From Octopus sinensis (Eukaryota), in the NCBI RefSeq assembly GCF_006345805.1, contig NC_043003.1, positions 107,880,001-107,944,000 on the forward strand: a stretch of DNA of 64,000 nt, given 5' to 3'. The translations under genes and the position numbers were made by a program. Under the pieces are notes generated by a model. It had not been told where the DNA came from and searched no databases. It saw only the letters and a list, made by a program, of their open reading frames with translations. The first letter of the stretch is position 1, and each line of letters starts with the position of its first letter. This document shows, one piece after another, positions 42,035-56,012 of this stretch.

Positions 42035-42580
42035 TTAGACAGGCAAAGGGTGTCTTGAATTTGAGAGGCGTCAGGTGGGGTTGTGGTAAAAGATCCTTGC
42101 ATCGAATACCACGAAACAGTGACCTCTTGAATCTGAGATGGAACTGACAGGGCTAAGACCGTTGCCTAGGATGCTACGACGCTGGCCGACAGGACTAAGA
42201 AAGTGGTCTTGAATTTCGGATGGGGCTATGATAAAAGACCCTTACATGGGATTCCACGAAACAGGAGGACAGTAAAAGGAAAGTGGTTTTAAATTTGTGA
42301 TGGGTCAGGCAGGGCTATGGCAAAAGACCCTAGCATAGGATATCAAAAAGTGAAACAACAGGACTAGGAAAGGAATCTTAATTTTGAGATGGGTTCAGTT
42401 GGGGCTATGGTAAGAGCCCTTTACAGGGATTTCAGAAAACTGGACGATAGGTTTAGAAAAGTGTCTCCAATTTCGGATGGATCTGACAGGGCTATTGCAG
42501 AGAAGTCCAGCATAGGAAACGATAGGACCGCGAAATGGCTATTGAATTTCCGATGGAGGACCGAAAACTCTTTACATGAC
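42035..42580. repeat. Degenerate minisatellite, about 7 units of 72-89 bp
   Basis: Anchor CTTGAATTT-like motifs at 42054, 42126, 42208, 42288, 42377, 42465 and 42541. Confidence 0.8.
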
Positions 42581-42929
42581 ATTCTGCTGGTCCGTAAATG
42601 GATTAGAACTCAAAATTGGAAGGTTAACTAATACGATTCACTTGCACGTGACTCTTATTACAAACACTCACCAACATACCAAGTAACGGTATCTATTTAG
42701 AGCTAGGCTCTCTGCATCAGCGAATGAACACTATCGACCAATTTGGCATCATTCATACATGCATACATTTATAGAATATATTCATAGATACACACACACT
42801 CTCTCTCACTCACACATATGTATATATGATTTGCTTATAGCGATCAAATGTATGAGCTCTACGTTAGCTCGCTTTCTTCATCAACTTGACGTTGCCTGAA
42901 CAAGTGCACGGCGTAGAACGTGTCAGGTG

Positions 42930-43048
42930 TCGAAGTGATCGCAGAGCAGCGTGTTGTGGAGTGTTTTGCTCAAGAACACAACGCACCACACGGTCTAGTA
43001 TTTGAAACGGCAATCTCACGATCGCGAGTGCAGCGCCCTTAGCACTGG
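42930..43048 (-). mobile_element. SINE C-like head fragment
   Basis: TGTTTTGCTCAAGAACACAACGC..GATCGCGAG. Confidence 0.6.
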
Positions 43049-43078
43049 TAGTAAAAAATTTCTAAATTTTTTATCTTA

Positions 43079-44125
43079 CCCTGATTGGACAAAATAATGG
43101 TAACATCTTCAAATTTCAAGGAAACTTATTTTAATATGGGGTAGGACCGCCTTTGGCAGTAATTACAGCTTGAATTCTACGAAGTATGGAAGCGTACAAA
43201 GTTTGAATTGTTTCCAAAGAAACTTTTGTTCATTCTTCAGCTAAAACTCTCTTCAGTTCTTGTAGTGATGATGGTGGAGGATATCAACTCCTTGTTTTTC
43301 TAAAATGCACCATAAATGTTCAATAATATTGAGATCTGGGGAGTGTGGTGGCCAGATAAGATGTTCAACTTCACTAGAATGTTCCTCGTGCCATTCAGCA
43401 ACAACTTTAGCTGTGTGAATTGGTGCATTATCATCCTGAGAGATTGCGTTTTCCTTCGGAAACAGTTCCGTAACCATAGGATGAATTTGATCGGATAAAA
43501 TGCTTGAATAGCCTTGACTATTAATTCTGCCATGAAGGGAAGCCACTGGGCAGGCGGATTTCCAAGATATAGCCCCCGCATCAGATCATTACAGATCCTC
43601 TTCCATGTTTAACAGTTGGAAGAAGGCAGTCTGGGTCAAATGCTTCTTTTGGCTGTCTCCACATGTGTACTCGGCCGGTTGTCGGAAATAAAGTAAGGGA
43701 TGACTCGTCCGAGAAAATAACATCCTTCCACTGCCCTAGGGATCAATTCTGTAGGTTTTTACTCCACTCTAATCGCTTTGCAACGTTTGTTTTTGAATCT
43801 AGTGGTTTTCTGATTGCAGTCCTCCCATGAAATCTTGCTTTGTGCAGCTCCCATCGAACAGTTTTTGTGGAAACTGGGTTCTCGAGGTGGTCATTAAGCT
43901 CTGCAGTAATTTTGGGAGCTGTACTTTTGTTATCCTTTCTAACAATTCGCGTAAGAGTCCAACGGTCCCTCTGTGAAAGTTTTGGTTTTCTTCCGGAGCT
44001 TTGTTTCGACGAGGAGGTTTTTCCATCTTTCTCAAAGGCTGTCATTACTTCCGAGACAGTACTTCTTGATACACCAAACATTTCAGGTGTTGTCGTTACA
44101 CCAACAATTTGACCACTTTGAAAAT
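43079..44125 (-). mobile_element. Tc1-like transposon remnant with DD36E spacing
   Basis: GQIVG..FGVSRSTVS..SGRKPKLSQRD..PVSTKTVR; QDDNAPIHT..WPPHSPDLNIIE (36 aa between D and E); one TIR-like end TA|CCCTGATTGGACAAAATAATGGTAAC. Confidence 0.88.
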
Positions 44126-44800
44126 CTCTTCCGTTGATTGTATCAGCTGGGATCCTCGGTTTCGTAACTGACGGAGTGCTCCTTAATATATGCATACTTA
44201 CGTACACAGATACACACGCACATACATATATACATAAATACACAATTACATACATCTATAGTCACACATGCATTCATATGTATCAACAATTTATTCACAC
44301 ATACACACGCACATACATATAAGACACATACGTACATACATAAAAACATATATTCATACATACATTCATATATACATACAATCATGCATACATACATACA
44401 TTCATATATACATTCATGCATACGTACAGTAGAAGTAAGTTGCTCACGGCGTCGCGCAGCAAACTGAAAAAAGGAGTTGATGAGGGATGTGACATCTTAG
44501 ATCAAATATCTATTACATTAGGGTTAAACAGCTAAGGCTGAAAAGAAAGAAAAATCTAGTTTACTTTTTAAAAAATCTATATTTTGAAAGCTCTTCTAAA
44601 TAATTTTTCTCTGGCAGGGAAAAAATGTGGAAACAATATAGAAGTTAGTCTAAGAAATTATTGTTATCTTAACATGAAACAACGTGTTAAGAATTTTTTT
44701 ATATTTTCTTTTAACAAGAACGCGATTTAATGTCTTTTTGTTGTTCTTGGTTTTGTTTTATGTAACTTATACCACATGTACCAATGCACTATGTATTATG

Positions 44801-44898
<98 letters not shown>

Positions 44899-45092
44899 AC
44901 ACACACACATACATATATATATATGAATGGTGGTATGAATGTATATTTACTTCTATGCGCAAGTATTTCCAGCATTGCACTGAAATAATATTTGAGTTTT
45001 TAACCTTGAAGGAGAGTGAGGAGTGGAAAGAAAAATAGTCAGAGAGAGAATAAGTGAGTGCGAATGAGAGAGAGAGAGAGAGAAGAGGGGAT

Positions 45093-45134
<42 letters not shown>

Positions 45135-46176
45135 GGGAGATTGAGAGAGAGAAAGAGAGGGATAACAAGTAGCACTAAAAATCGATGGATCGCTACTTCG
45201 ACATTCTACGAGGTTAGAACCTCGAGTCAAACATTATCCAGAATAAATCATCTGATGTAGAATTCAAAGATAGATGATATCATATATTATATTGATTTCT
45301 TACAGAGGCACAAGACCTCAAATATTGGGGATGATGCAGTTGATTAAAACTTTCGTGATTATATTTCTAGTAATTAGACTGCCTAAATGTTTCATTAACT
45401 TTCAGTATAATTAAGATTTTATCTGTAACATTATACATTAATATATATTATACTTGTGTTCACTGTCTGAAATCTCGTTATCATTTACGTTATAATGAGA
45501 TATTGATTAAGAATTTTAATCTATACTGAATATGTTCGTAATTTTCGTATAGATGCTGTCAGGCAATCATAGTACATTTGGCTGGTACTTTAGTTTCTAT
45601 ATTCTGGAAGGGTGAAAGTTAAAGTCTGTCCCACCGAGATTTGATCTCGAAGCATAACGAAGGTAATCAAAAAAATACTTCAGGGTATTCTCTGGTTTTC
45701 TTCCGATTCTCTTATCTATCACCCTCAAGAACTTCATGTCAAAAATTCCCTCATCGGCACACGGATTCTAAGTTTGGAAAGAGTAACACTTCCGTGATTA
45801 TACGTCCAACAATTAAACTATTAACGTGTTTCGTTGATTTTGAATATAATTAAAATTTTATCTGTAATATTATGATATTATAAATTAATATATAATATGC
45901 GTGTGTTGAAATTTTGTCATCGCTTACGTTGTAACGATATTTTGATACAGGTTAATCTAAACAGAATATATTAGCATACATGATCTCAAATTGTTGCTAT
46001 GAAAATGCTTAAATCGATTTCAGTATTTGGGTGGGAGATTATTTGGTTGATAAATAAAATAGCAGCCAAATACAACAGGGTCACCTAACACCACCTGTAT
46101 GAAAATTTTCCTTTGGTTGATTAAATATGCGGATGTGTATTTCTTTGATGTTACTAATCGGTGCCGCGAGTTTATT

Positions 46177-46244
46177 ATGAACAGGATAAATTATCCATAT
46201 TTTGCAGAAAAATCTGCAAAATATGGATAGTTTATCCTGTTCAT
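46177..46244. other. 68-nt near-perfect palindrome
   Basis: 32-bp arms with one G.U pair and an AAAA loop. Confidence 0.9.
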
Positions 46245-46384
46245 GCTATATTATTAGCTTTCTCCTGCGTTTGAGAATAAAATAATTTCCTCATCTGAAT
46301 CTTTCAATACATCTCAACGCTTCTAAAGCAAACTTTGTTGACTTGCAACGTAAGTTGAATTTTATATAAATATGTATATATATA

Positions 46385-46443
<59 letters not shown>

Positions 46444-46445
<2 letters not shown>

Positions 46446-47235
46446 GCGTTTAATGGGTAAATTGTCACCATTTTATATTTTTCATTTCGCACATTGTTTT
46501 TGACTTTGTCGACTACACAGATAAGCACGGTTAGTTGAGCACCGTCTGCGAGAAAAACAGCAATTCACTCTGCCAGACATTTGGAAACGACATGCTGTAC
46601 TGCTTGGCATTCGCGCTGGAAGCTCCAATACAAAGATTTCAGTTTAGAAACAGTGCAATCTCAGGACATGTATCGAGAGTGATAAAAATCAAACATCTAG
46701 TCAACGTCATAGTGTTTGGGGTGATCACTAGTGACGGCGACGGCATTATGCCTCCATTCATCTTCCCACACAGCCTCACACTCAATACGGAGGCCTACAT
46801 CAATTGCTGGAGGAGGTATTGCAGCCCTAGGTCAAGAGGGTAGCTGCTAGAAGACCGTGTGTTTGGCAACATGACTCTGCACATGCCACACATGTAGGAG
46901 GATCCAGTCATGGCTGTCAGACATTTTCTGCGACATCACCCCTAACATCTGGCTACCTAACTCCCCAGACTGCAACCCCACCTTGATTATTATGTGTGGG
47001 GTGCAGTTGAGCGAGAGACCAACAAAACTCCTTGTAACACACCAAATATGAACTGAAGGCAAATATTATAGCAGCATTCACCAACTTAAACAAGAAGACT
47101 GCCCAGAAGAGTTGCAGGCGATTCTGAAGTCGTCTGGAAGCCTTGGTTGAAGCCAATTGCGATTTTATAGAATAAATTTACACTTTGGTATTTCCAGTTA
47201 TTTTTATGTAATTCTTGATAAATATATCTGTTAAA
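46444..47235 (+). mobile_element. Internally deleted maT/DD37D-like transposon
   Basis: VIVFGVITSDG..MPPFIFP; WQHDSA..WLPNSPDCNP.LDYYVWGAVE; 37-aa spacing only after correcting frameshifts. Confidence 0.75.
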
Positions 47236-48589
47236 ATGAGATTTTGAAGTTTTATTACTCTTGCACAAGAGGAGGGGTTCAAAAATATATTAGCCGAAGA
47301 ATTATTTTCTCGTAAAACATTTTGTCTTGTCAATTTTCCATACACAAAAGATTGGAAATGAACTATAAAAATGAAACAAAAATTGTCTTTATAAAAAAAA
47401 GTGTATAACTGACGTTGCCCGACTCGAATAACATTCACCAACTGGTTGCTTGAACCTAAGATTCCAAAATTGAGAAGTGACTGCACGTTATTGCACTGTG
47501 TTGTATATAATGTTTAAATGGACATGTGTGTTCCCTAGAGTAAAGTTCTCAAATCGTTTTGCATCAAGTTGTCTGTAAGTAGATGTTAACTATTGGGTAG
47601 ATTATTACTATCATACCCGCTTTAGTAATATTGTATTTGCAAATTTGCTACAATAAAAGACAGAAACTGAAATGAATTGTACCGAACAATCCATGTGTTT
47701 AATATTTTGGATTCTAATTTTGTCGGCAGTTGAATACATTATATTACTTTTAGTATCTTGTAGATGACAGAGATGAAACAACACATAGTTATCTGATCAT
47801 AGTAAAAACTGTGCTCTTTTACACTGTTACGAGCAATGAGGTTATTGTCTCTGTATCGGGGAAATACATTGTGATGTCCATTTCAACATAATCGTTCTTG
47901 ATTACTAAGCGTTAGAAAGCTGCAAATGATTCCGATAAAAGTCGTTTACATGTGAATAGGGAGTTAGTATGAGAGTTATGCTTTAGCTATTATAGGTGGT
48001 CTACTCCTAACATAAGCCACTAACGATAAAATATAGAAACAGAATTTGTTTTATGCTATCAGTGATAATGCAACAAAGCGAATAGTCGCCGCCTTAAATG
48101 TTTTAATTCACCCCAAACGAACTATTTATGTTAATAATAAAACTACTCGCAAGTTATATGTTAGATATTGCAGGTGACACCATTGAAATATGTGATAGAA
48201 TTTTGAAATAGAATTTGTTTTATCCATTAGTCATAGCGCAACAAAGCGACGAGTTGCTGTTTTTAGTGTTTTAATTTATCACGAAATGAATTAATAAAAT
48301 TACTTCCAGCAACAGTGTTCTCGAACGAATTTATTCAGTCGTGAAAGGATTTACTGGTATTGGCTGATAAGAATAACAGGTTTAAGTGAATACAACTAGA
48401 ATATTTATATATTGGGATCATTATGTTTGCTGCTTCTGCAGGTTTACTTTTTAAAGATAAAGGCTAACTTTAAAATCTTGATTATTGTAATTTAAGTATC
48501 GGCATGGCTTTAGTGTATATAGTTCACTATGTATATATATATTAATAAATAAAACATATGCATATATACATATACATATATGTACGTAC

Positions 48590-49020
48590 CTACCTCTACA
48601 TGTATATATACACGCATACATGTGTACAGGACACCAAAAAAAAAAATACGTCGAACACAATGAGAAACGAAAACATAAACACAAAACCAAGGAACTGGAC
48701 ATTTTTCTTAAACGACGAAAAAATAGAGTACAGGACAAATAACACAAGGAAGATTCGCCTTCTTCAGTCGCTATGGTTTCATCTACTCTGCGTTTGTTTT
48801 TTTCGTAAACTCTCCCTATATATATATATATATATCGGGAGAGTTTACGAAAAAAACAAAAGACGAAGACAGGTGGTGTACAAAACAAACAGATGTATTT
48901 GTATAACGCTCAGGAATAGAAAAAGTCTTTTACGTTTCGAGCCTACGCTCTTCTACAGAAAGGGACACAGAAAAAACAAGGAGAGAAAAAATGTGAGTAG
49001 TGGCTAACGATCTGTCATGG

Positions 49021-49022
<2 letters not shown>
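48590..49022. mobile_element. (TA)n-flanked non-coding repeat, probably Penelope-terminal-derived
   Basis: Inverted repeat TTTGTTTTTTTCGTAAACTCTCCC / GGGAGAGTTTACGAAAAAAACAAA around (TA)n; ACGTTTCG..CTTC motif; similar architecture at 8835-9240. Confidence 0.4.
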
Positions 49023-49066
<44 letters not shown>

Positions 49067-49189
49067 CTTAGCCAATTATTTTCTTAATCTTAGTCGTCAC
49101 AAAACAGCATAGTTTTCCTATGATCACTTCGTTATATTTAGACGTGACTAGACATATTACATTATGTGTTACAGTATATATTCTTTACT

Positions 49190-49385
49190 ACTCTAGACAC
49201 AAGGCCCAAAATGTTGGGGTAGGTGGCCAGTCGATTAGATCAACTCCAGTATGCAACTGGTACTTATTTTATCGACCCCGAAAGGATGAAAGGTAAAGTC
49301 GACCTTGGTGGAATTTGAACTCAGAACGTAAAGACAGATCGCTAAGAATTTCGTCCGGCGTGCTAACGTTTCTGCCAGCTCGCCG
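49190..49385 (-). mobile_element. SINE family D
   Basis: Minus strand GGCGAGCTGGCAGAAACGTTAGCACGCCGG head. Confidence 0.85.
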
Positions 49386-49494
49386 TATTTGTTACAGTAT
49401 ATATTACATTACAGGTTACATAATACATATGCAACCGAATATTTGGGTAGCAATCGACAAAAGAATAACAATTTTACTAGAAATAATCCTTTTT

Positions 49495-49690
49495 ACCATT
49501 GGTGCCAAGCCACAAGTGGTTAACCAATTAAATGAACCTCAGTACTTAACTGATTGATACTTTTTTCATCGACCTCGGACAGATAAAATACGATTGACCT
49601 TTGCGGGATTTGAACTCAGAATGTAAAGAGCAGGGATAAATATTGCTCGTTATTTTATCAGTGGCTTTAAGGGATTCTGTTAATCCACAG
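49495..49690 (-). mobile_element. Older SINE family D copy
   Basis: GATTTGAACTCAGAATGTAAAG and CAGTACTT..TTTCATCGAC blocks. Confidence 0.6.
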
Positions 49691-51249
49691 CCCTTATTTT
49701 AAATTTTACTAAAAATTAAAACTATGATTTAAGTTAAGTGAACGCTGAATTCATGTTAAAGCGCTGCTTTGAACAAGATTTACCAGCAGTTTGGAGTTTG
49801 ACAATTCATAATTCGGAGCCTGTAAAATTCCACCGTTTTACATTCCACACCTTTTTACAGAAGTAAGCATCAGAGATAAAATGTATTAATAGACGAATAA
49901 AAAGAGATAACATAACTGACATTTTGGATCTGTGGATCCCTTTCGCATCAGAAGTTCTGCAACATTAACAAGAACATCAATCTTAGAGAAGACTCAATGT
50001 TCTATCATGAAATTGACGGAGATCAAATATTTTTACATCTGGGAAATATGATTTATTCAAGTTTCGAAGTAGAATGTAATATATCAAAACGTGGCTCACT
50101 GGTGAATTGAAGAATTAAGTAGAATCGATTGAGGAACAAGAGGCCAATCCCATAAATCTTTAATGTAATGGCTATAAAGAATCCTGTTGTAGTAGAATGT
50201 CCTTCAAATATCTCGGGCAAATTTCGAATGTTAATGAATGGCATATGCCGTATCTAACTTAATCATCAAATAAAAAGATAGCTTATGGGATATTTAATTT
50301 TTCTTCACAGATATCTTTCATTCGCTTTCATGAGTTGACCTCTAAGTAGTCACTTGATCCACTAGAAATAGCAACCAGACTATCGACAATCAAACTCAAC
50401 AGTCTTGAAAATGACATAGCAGACACCGTAGTCTAACATATATAAGAAAAAAGACAACGTGATTATAGACAGAATGCTTTTCTAATCATAATTCTGCAGA
50501 ATAGGGTTCACGCGAGACTGAAAACTACAACAACAATAAAAACAACGACTAACACCAATTTGTTGGTTACCATCCTACAAATATAATGACAATCTTTGAA
50601 CAGAAATCATGGACACTAAATTGAACTCTACTCAGTCCATTTGCATAAATGATTACATCTCAAAAATGTATTCCTGACAGCTGTAGAACATATTCAGTGC
50701 TTCAGTAAAAGTTGAAGTAAAATCTCATGAGACCATTACAATATTTAATATCAATATTATTAAAATAACTGGGGTGATTTCATCTATAAGAACGATAAAA
50801 AGAAATTCCCAAAGAGAGGAAGCTAGTTCTTTCGTTTATTCCCCGGAGAATATTTTAATTTGAAGCTATAAGTAATCACGGAAACATGATTTGGTTGATT
50901 TTGAGCCAATATAGGAGTAAAAACAAAGCAAAATAATAATAATAGTAATAATAATAATAATAATAATGATAAATAAATAAATAATAATGACTATTGTTCA
51001 CACTTTGTTCGTGCAACTTCTGTCTACAGTTGTATGGCAAATATAGAATTGTTCTTTACGTTTAATTTCCACGCAATTACTTTAACCTAGTCAGAAACTT
51101 TCCAATGAAAATATATTTTGAAAAAAAAACTACAATAAGACCTCTATAGTTATAAACATTATGGCAGAGAGCTTATATATATATTATAGAAAATATTTAT
51201 CCTAAAAAGTTATGTAAATCATTTTTATTCGCTGCAAATGTTTTGTGAT

Positions 51250-51475
51250 TAGAATGTGGCAAGAAAGAATTGCAAGACGGATTCTCCAAGCCGAGCCAAC
51301 TGGAGAGACACCTAGAGGTGGACTAAGAACAAAAGGCTTAGATAACATACATAGTCTCAGTGGGTCATAACCGGAAAGTGCAATGACATTGGTTTCTGAT
51401 AGGACCCTATGGTGGAAGTTACCACACAGCATATCTGGGAATAGTGGACGGAGAAGATAGATGGGTGGATGAATG
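51250..51475 (+). mobile_element. RTE-like LINE extreme 3' fragment
   Basis: ERIARRILQAEPTGETPRG..RT..LDNI resembles the RTE G.R..GRP...W.D motif. Confidence 0.55.
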
Positions 51476-51924
51476 TGTTAAAGTTATATACTGGACAATA
51501 AATAAGTTATATAGCAACAAGCTTGTCACCAATTTAATTGCTAGTGAAATAAATTAAGCGAACTGGAATTTTAGTATAAAAGTGTTTAATGTGATAATTC
51601 CTTCATTGCAACTCTCTTTGTAACCGTTTCACTCCAAAAGGTTTCTTTGAACTTCGTAGTATCCAATACGTTATATTCAAAGTTACATTCCTTGCTCTAT
51701 TCAGCGTAACATAGAATTGATAATGGTTGAACACAAACCAAAGAATATGCTTTATTAAAATATTGGTCTTGCAATTTGTTTATTGTCATTTAACTGAATA
51801 AATGGAATTTTTTTTTAGTTTGAATGATGAAGTTGTGTCGCATGGAGATAGATCATAACTACCCATCTGTCTACCTATCTGCCTGTTTGTGTATCTGTAT
51901 ATGTGTCTGGTGTCTGTATTTTTA

Positions 51925-52472
<548 letters not shown>

Positions 52473-52474
<2 letters not shown>

Positions 52475-52698
52475 CATTATTTATATTACTTACAATTGAC
52501 GTATTATTTGTCCTCATGTTGTTTGTTGTTAACACAACGTTTCGGTTGATATGCCCTCCAGTCTTCATCAGGCTGATAAAGGCTGGAGGGTATATCAGCC
52601 GAAACGTTGTGTTAACAACAAAGATGAGGACAAATATCCGTCAATTGTAAATAATGTAAAAAAATGTACATAATTCCCCATCTCTTAAATATAGAACT
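52473..52698. mobile_element. Head-to-head inverted Penelope-like terminal fragment with hammerhead-core vestiges, in (CTAT)n
   Basis: Arms 52473-52571 and 52573-52658; each begins CTGAT(G/A)AAG..CCGAAACG. Confidence 0.65.
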
Positions 52699-52796
52699 AT
52701 ATCTATCTATCTACTATCTATCTATCTATCATCTATCTATCTATCTTCTATCTATCTATCTATCTATCTCTATCTATCTATCTCTTTGTCTGTCTA

Positions 52797-52837
<41 letters not shown>

Positions 52838-53299
52838 ATGTCTGTCTGTCTGTCTATTCATCAACCCATAAAACTGGGGTTTACTCTTACTTTTAGTAAT
52901 TTTAAATTTTACTCCCGGAAGCATTGTTCTATTTCTTCTCATATTTTTCCAATTCGCAGTCGGGCTGTTTTTCTGTTTTTAAGACCCTTTTCATCGATGC
53001 CTCTCTGCAAGTTGAAGTGTTTTTGCATCGTTCTTTGAGTCTTTGTTAAGTTTACATTGTTTTAAAAAACTGGTCTTGTTGCATATATCCTGTAAACCTA
53101 ATGGATAGACAATGTTGTAAATTATCAGAATAATATGAATATTAGGACGATCTGATTGATGAAACCACTGAAAGCAGTGCCCCAGTATGACCACGACTAA
53201 ATAACTGGACCTAGTAAAAGAACACTTCTTTGACATTAAGCTCCCATTCTTTTATTCTTGTATTATTCTCACTCACTATACGGCCTTTCTCTTTTTCTC

Positions 53300-54275
53300 A
53301 CTGACTGACTGACTGACTGACTGACTGACTCACTCACTCACTCACTCACTCACACTCACTCACTCACTCACTCACTCACTCACTCACTCACTCACTCACT
53401 CACTCATTCACTCACTCATTCACTCACTCACTCACTCACAACTCACTCACTCACTCACTCATTCACTGACTCACTCACAACTCACTCACTCACTCACAAC
53501 TCACTCACTCACTCACTCATTCACTCACTCACTCACAACTCACTCACTCACTCACTCACTCACTCACTCACTCACTCACTCATTCACTCACTCATTCACT
53601 CACTCACTCACTCATCACTCACTCACTCACTCACTCATTCACTCACTCACTCACAACTCACTCACTCACTCATTCACTCACTCACTCACTCACAACTCAC
53701 TCACTCACTCACTCATTCACTCACTCACTCACAACTCACTCACTCACTCACAACTCACTCACTCACTCACTCATTCACTCACTCACTCACTCACAACTCA
53801 CTCACTCACTCACTCACTCACTCACTCACTCATTCACTCACTCATTCACTCACTCACTCACTCACTCACTCACTCACTCTCACTCACTCACTCACTCATT
53901 CACTCACTCACTCACTCACTCACTCACTCACTCATTCACTCACTCACTCACAACTCACTCACTCACTCATTCACTCACTCACTCACCACTCACTCACTCA
54001 CTCACTCACCACTCACTCACTCACTCACTCACTCACAACTCACTCACTCACTCACAACTCACTCACTCACTCACTCATTCACTCACTCACCACTCACTCA
54101 CTCACTCACTCACTCACTCACTCACTCACTCACTCACTCATTCACTCACTCATTCACTCACTCACTCACTCACTCACTCACTCACTCACTCACTCATTCA
54201 CTCACTCACTCACAACTCACTCACTCACTCATTCACTCACTCACTCACTCACTCATTCACTCACTCATTCACTCA
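53300..54275. repeat. About 1-kb (CACT)n array with CATT and CAACT variants
   Basis: Direct reading. Confidence 0.97.
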
Positions 54276-54642
54276 TAAATTCCTTTCCCTCTCTCTCTCT
54301 CTCTCTCTCTCTCCCTGTCTCTCTCCCCACACATGTCTCCTGACTCCTTTTTGTTTCATCCAATACCTTCATTTACCTTTTCTGTTCAGTTCCAAAGTCA
54401 TTCCCTTTTACACGAATTTCGCTTCGGCTTTAAACTCTCTCTCTTTCTGTCGCGTATTTATTATTCACTGATCGATTCCCTGTTATTTACTCACGTCACC
54501 TCTTTATTTCGTGGGCTTTGTTCCATCATGTTTCCTCCCATCCTTTCTTATTTTATTGCTACCCTTTTCACTCTTTCTTTCATCCCTCCCTACAGTACAC
54601 CACCTGGTCGCCTGCTGCTTGTCAGCGGACTACAGATTTTTC

Positions 54643-54707
<65 letters not shown>

Positions 54708-54712
54708 TTTCT

Positions 54713-54745
<33 letters not shown>

Positions 54746-55116
54746 GCCTTCCACTCTTACCTATTTAACTATCTGCTGCATCTCTCTCTCTCAGCTGTCC
54801 ACGTTCTTAAAACATGAACGTGTCACCCATTATACGACAAGTAACGTTAGAAGTTCACTTTTGCCATCATGGGTAATAACACGTATTATGGCATGCACAC
54901 AAATTAGAATTTAACTGTTATCAAATTTCTTGTTGCTTATACAAAATGATGAAATCAATACGAATTTGCAAAACAAAAATATTTATCAACTTAACGTATT
55001 AAAAACAAATTTCTCATTTTCATCCCAATACTAATTTGTTATTGACCCTCCCCCTCCTCCTCCTCCTCCTCCTCCTACTACTACTACTACTACTACTTCT
55101 ACTACCACTACCACCG

Positions 55117-55152
<36 letters not shown>

Positions 55153-55800
55153 TATGATTCGTAATTTCATTTTTATTTTTCCCTTTACTTAAGTTAGCTT
55201 AATCATACCGCAATTTATCATAAGGTGTAAATATTTATTCCTTTAAGAGAAATAGTATTTTTAAAATAGAGTATCTGCTTTAATGTTATATACTGATTTT
55301 CTCCTTTGGAATACTCATTAACTCAATCTGTCTTCTACTCATAATTTATGCTTAGAATTAATATTGATCAAATGCCACTTCCAAAGCGACCTAAGTAATA
55401 TATCTAACGAACCTCTTAGCTCTATATGCCTCCTTTGTGAATTTGAAGGGGTCAATAATAGTTTAAACCGGGTAGGAATTTTGCTATATCCTATTACAAT
55501 CCTATTATGATCTGATAAATACAATCTCTAAGTAAGACTGCTGGTATGCTTTCATACCACTCAAGCTAGTCAAATATCGATAGTTTTACTACTAACTATC
55601 TCCCTTAAAATGTTCTCCATAACAATCAACATGGTATACTAAGATGGTGTTAAATTCTCCAGTCTCTGTAGAATCTTGGTCGATCAAATATGGGCTCGGT
55701 TAAAGTGCATGATTACTACATCACAGAATTATGTAGTTTACACAGCTAGCCGAAACGTTAGCAAGCTGATTAAAAATGTATAATTCTCCATTCTTCTGTG

Positions 55801-55835
<35 letters not shown>

Positions 55836-56012
55836 GCGCGCGCGACACACACATATCGTCTTCGTCATGCTACGTATACGTTATTAACATGAGGCAGGAA
55901 GATCAGTAGTTCGAACTTCTTTAGTTGCTTACCTACCTACCTACCTACCTACCTACCTACCTACCTGCCTATGCAAACGTACATGCATACATATATATCT
56001 ACTGCCTACATA

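Noticed and set aside
48925-48965. Hammerhead-like CTGTAGA-A-GAGC/GCTC-GAAAC (minus)
   Set aside because: The core A is substituted, and stems I and III cannot be formed.
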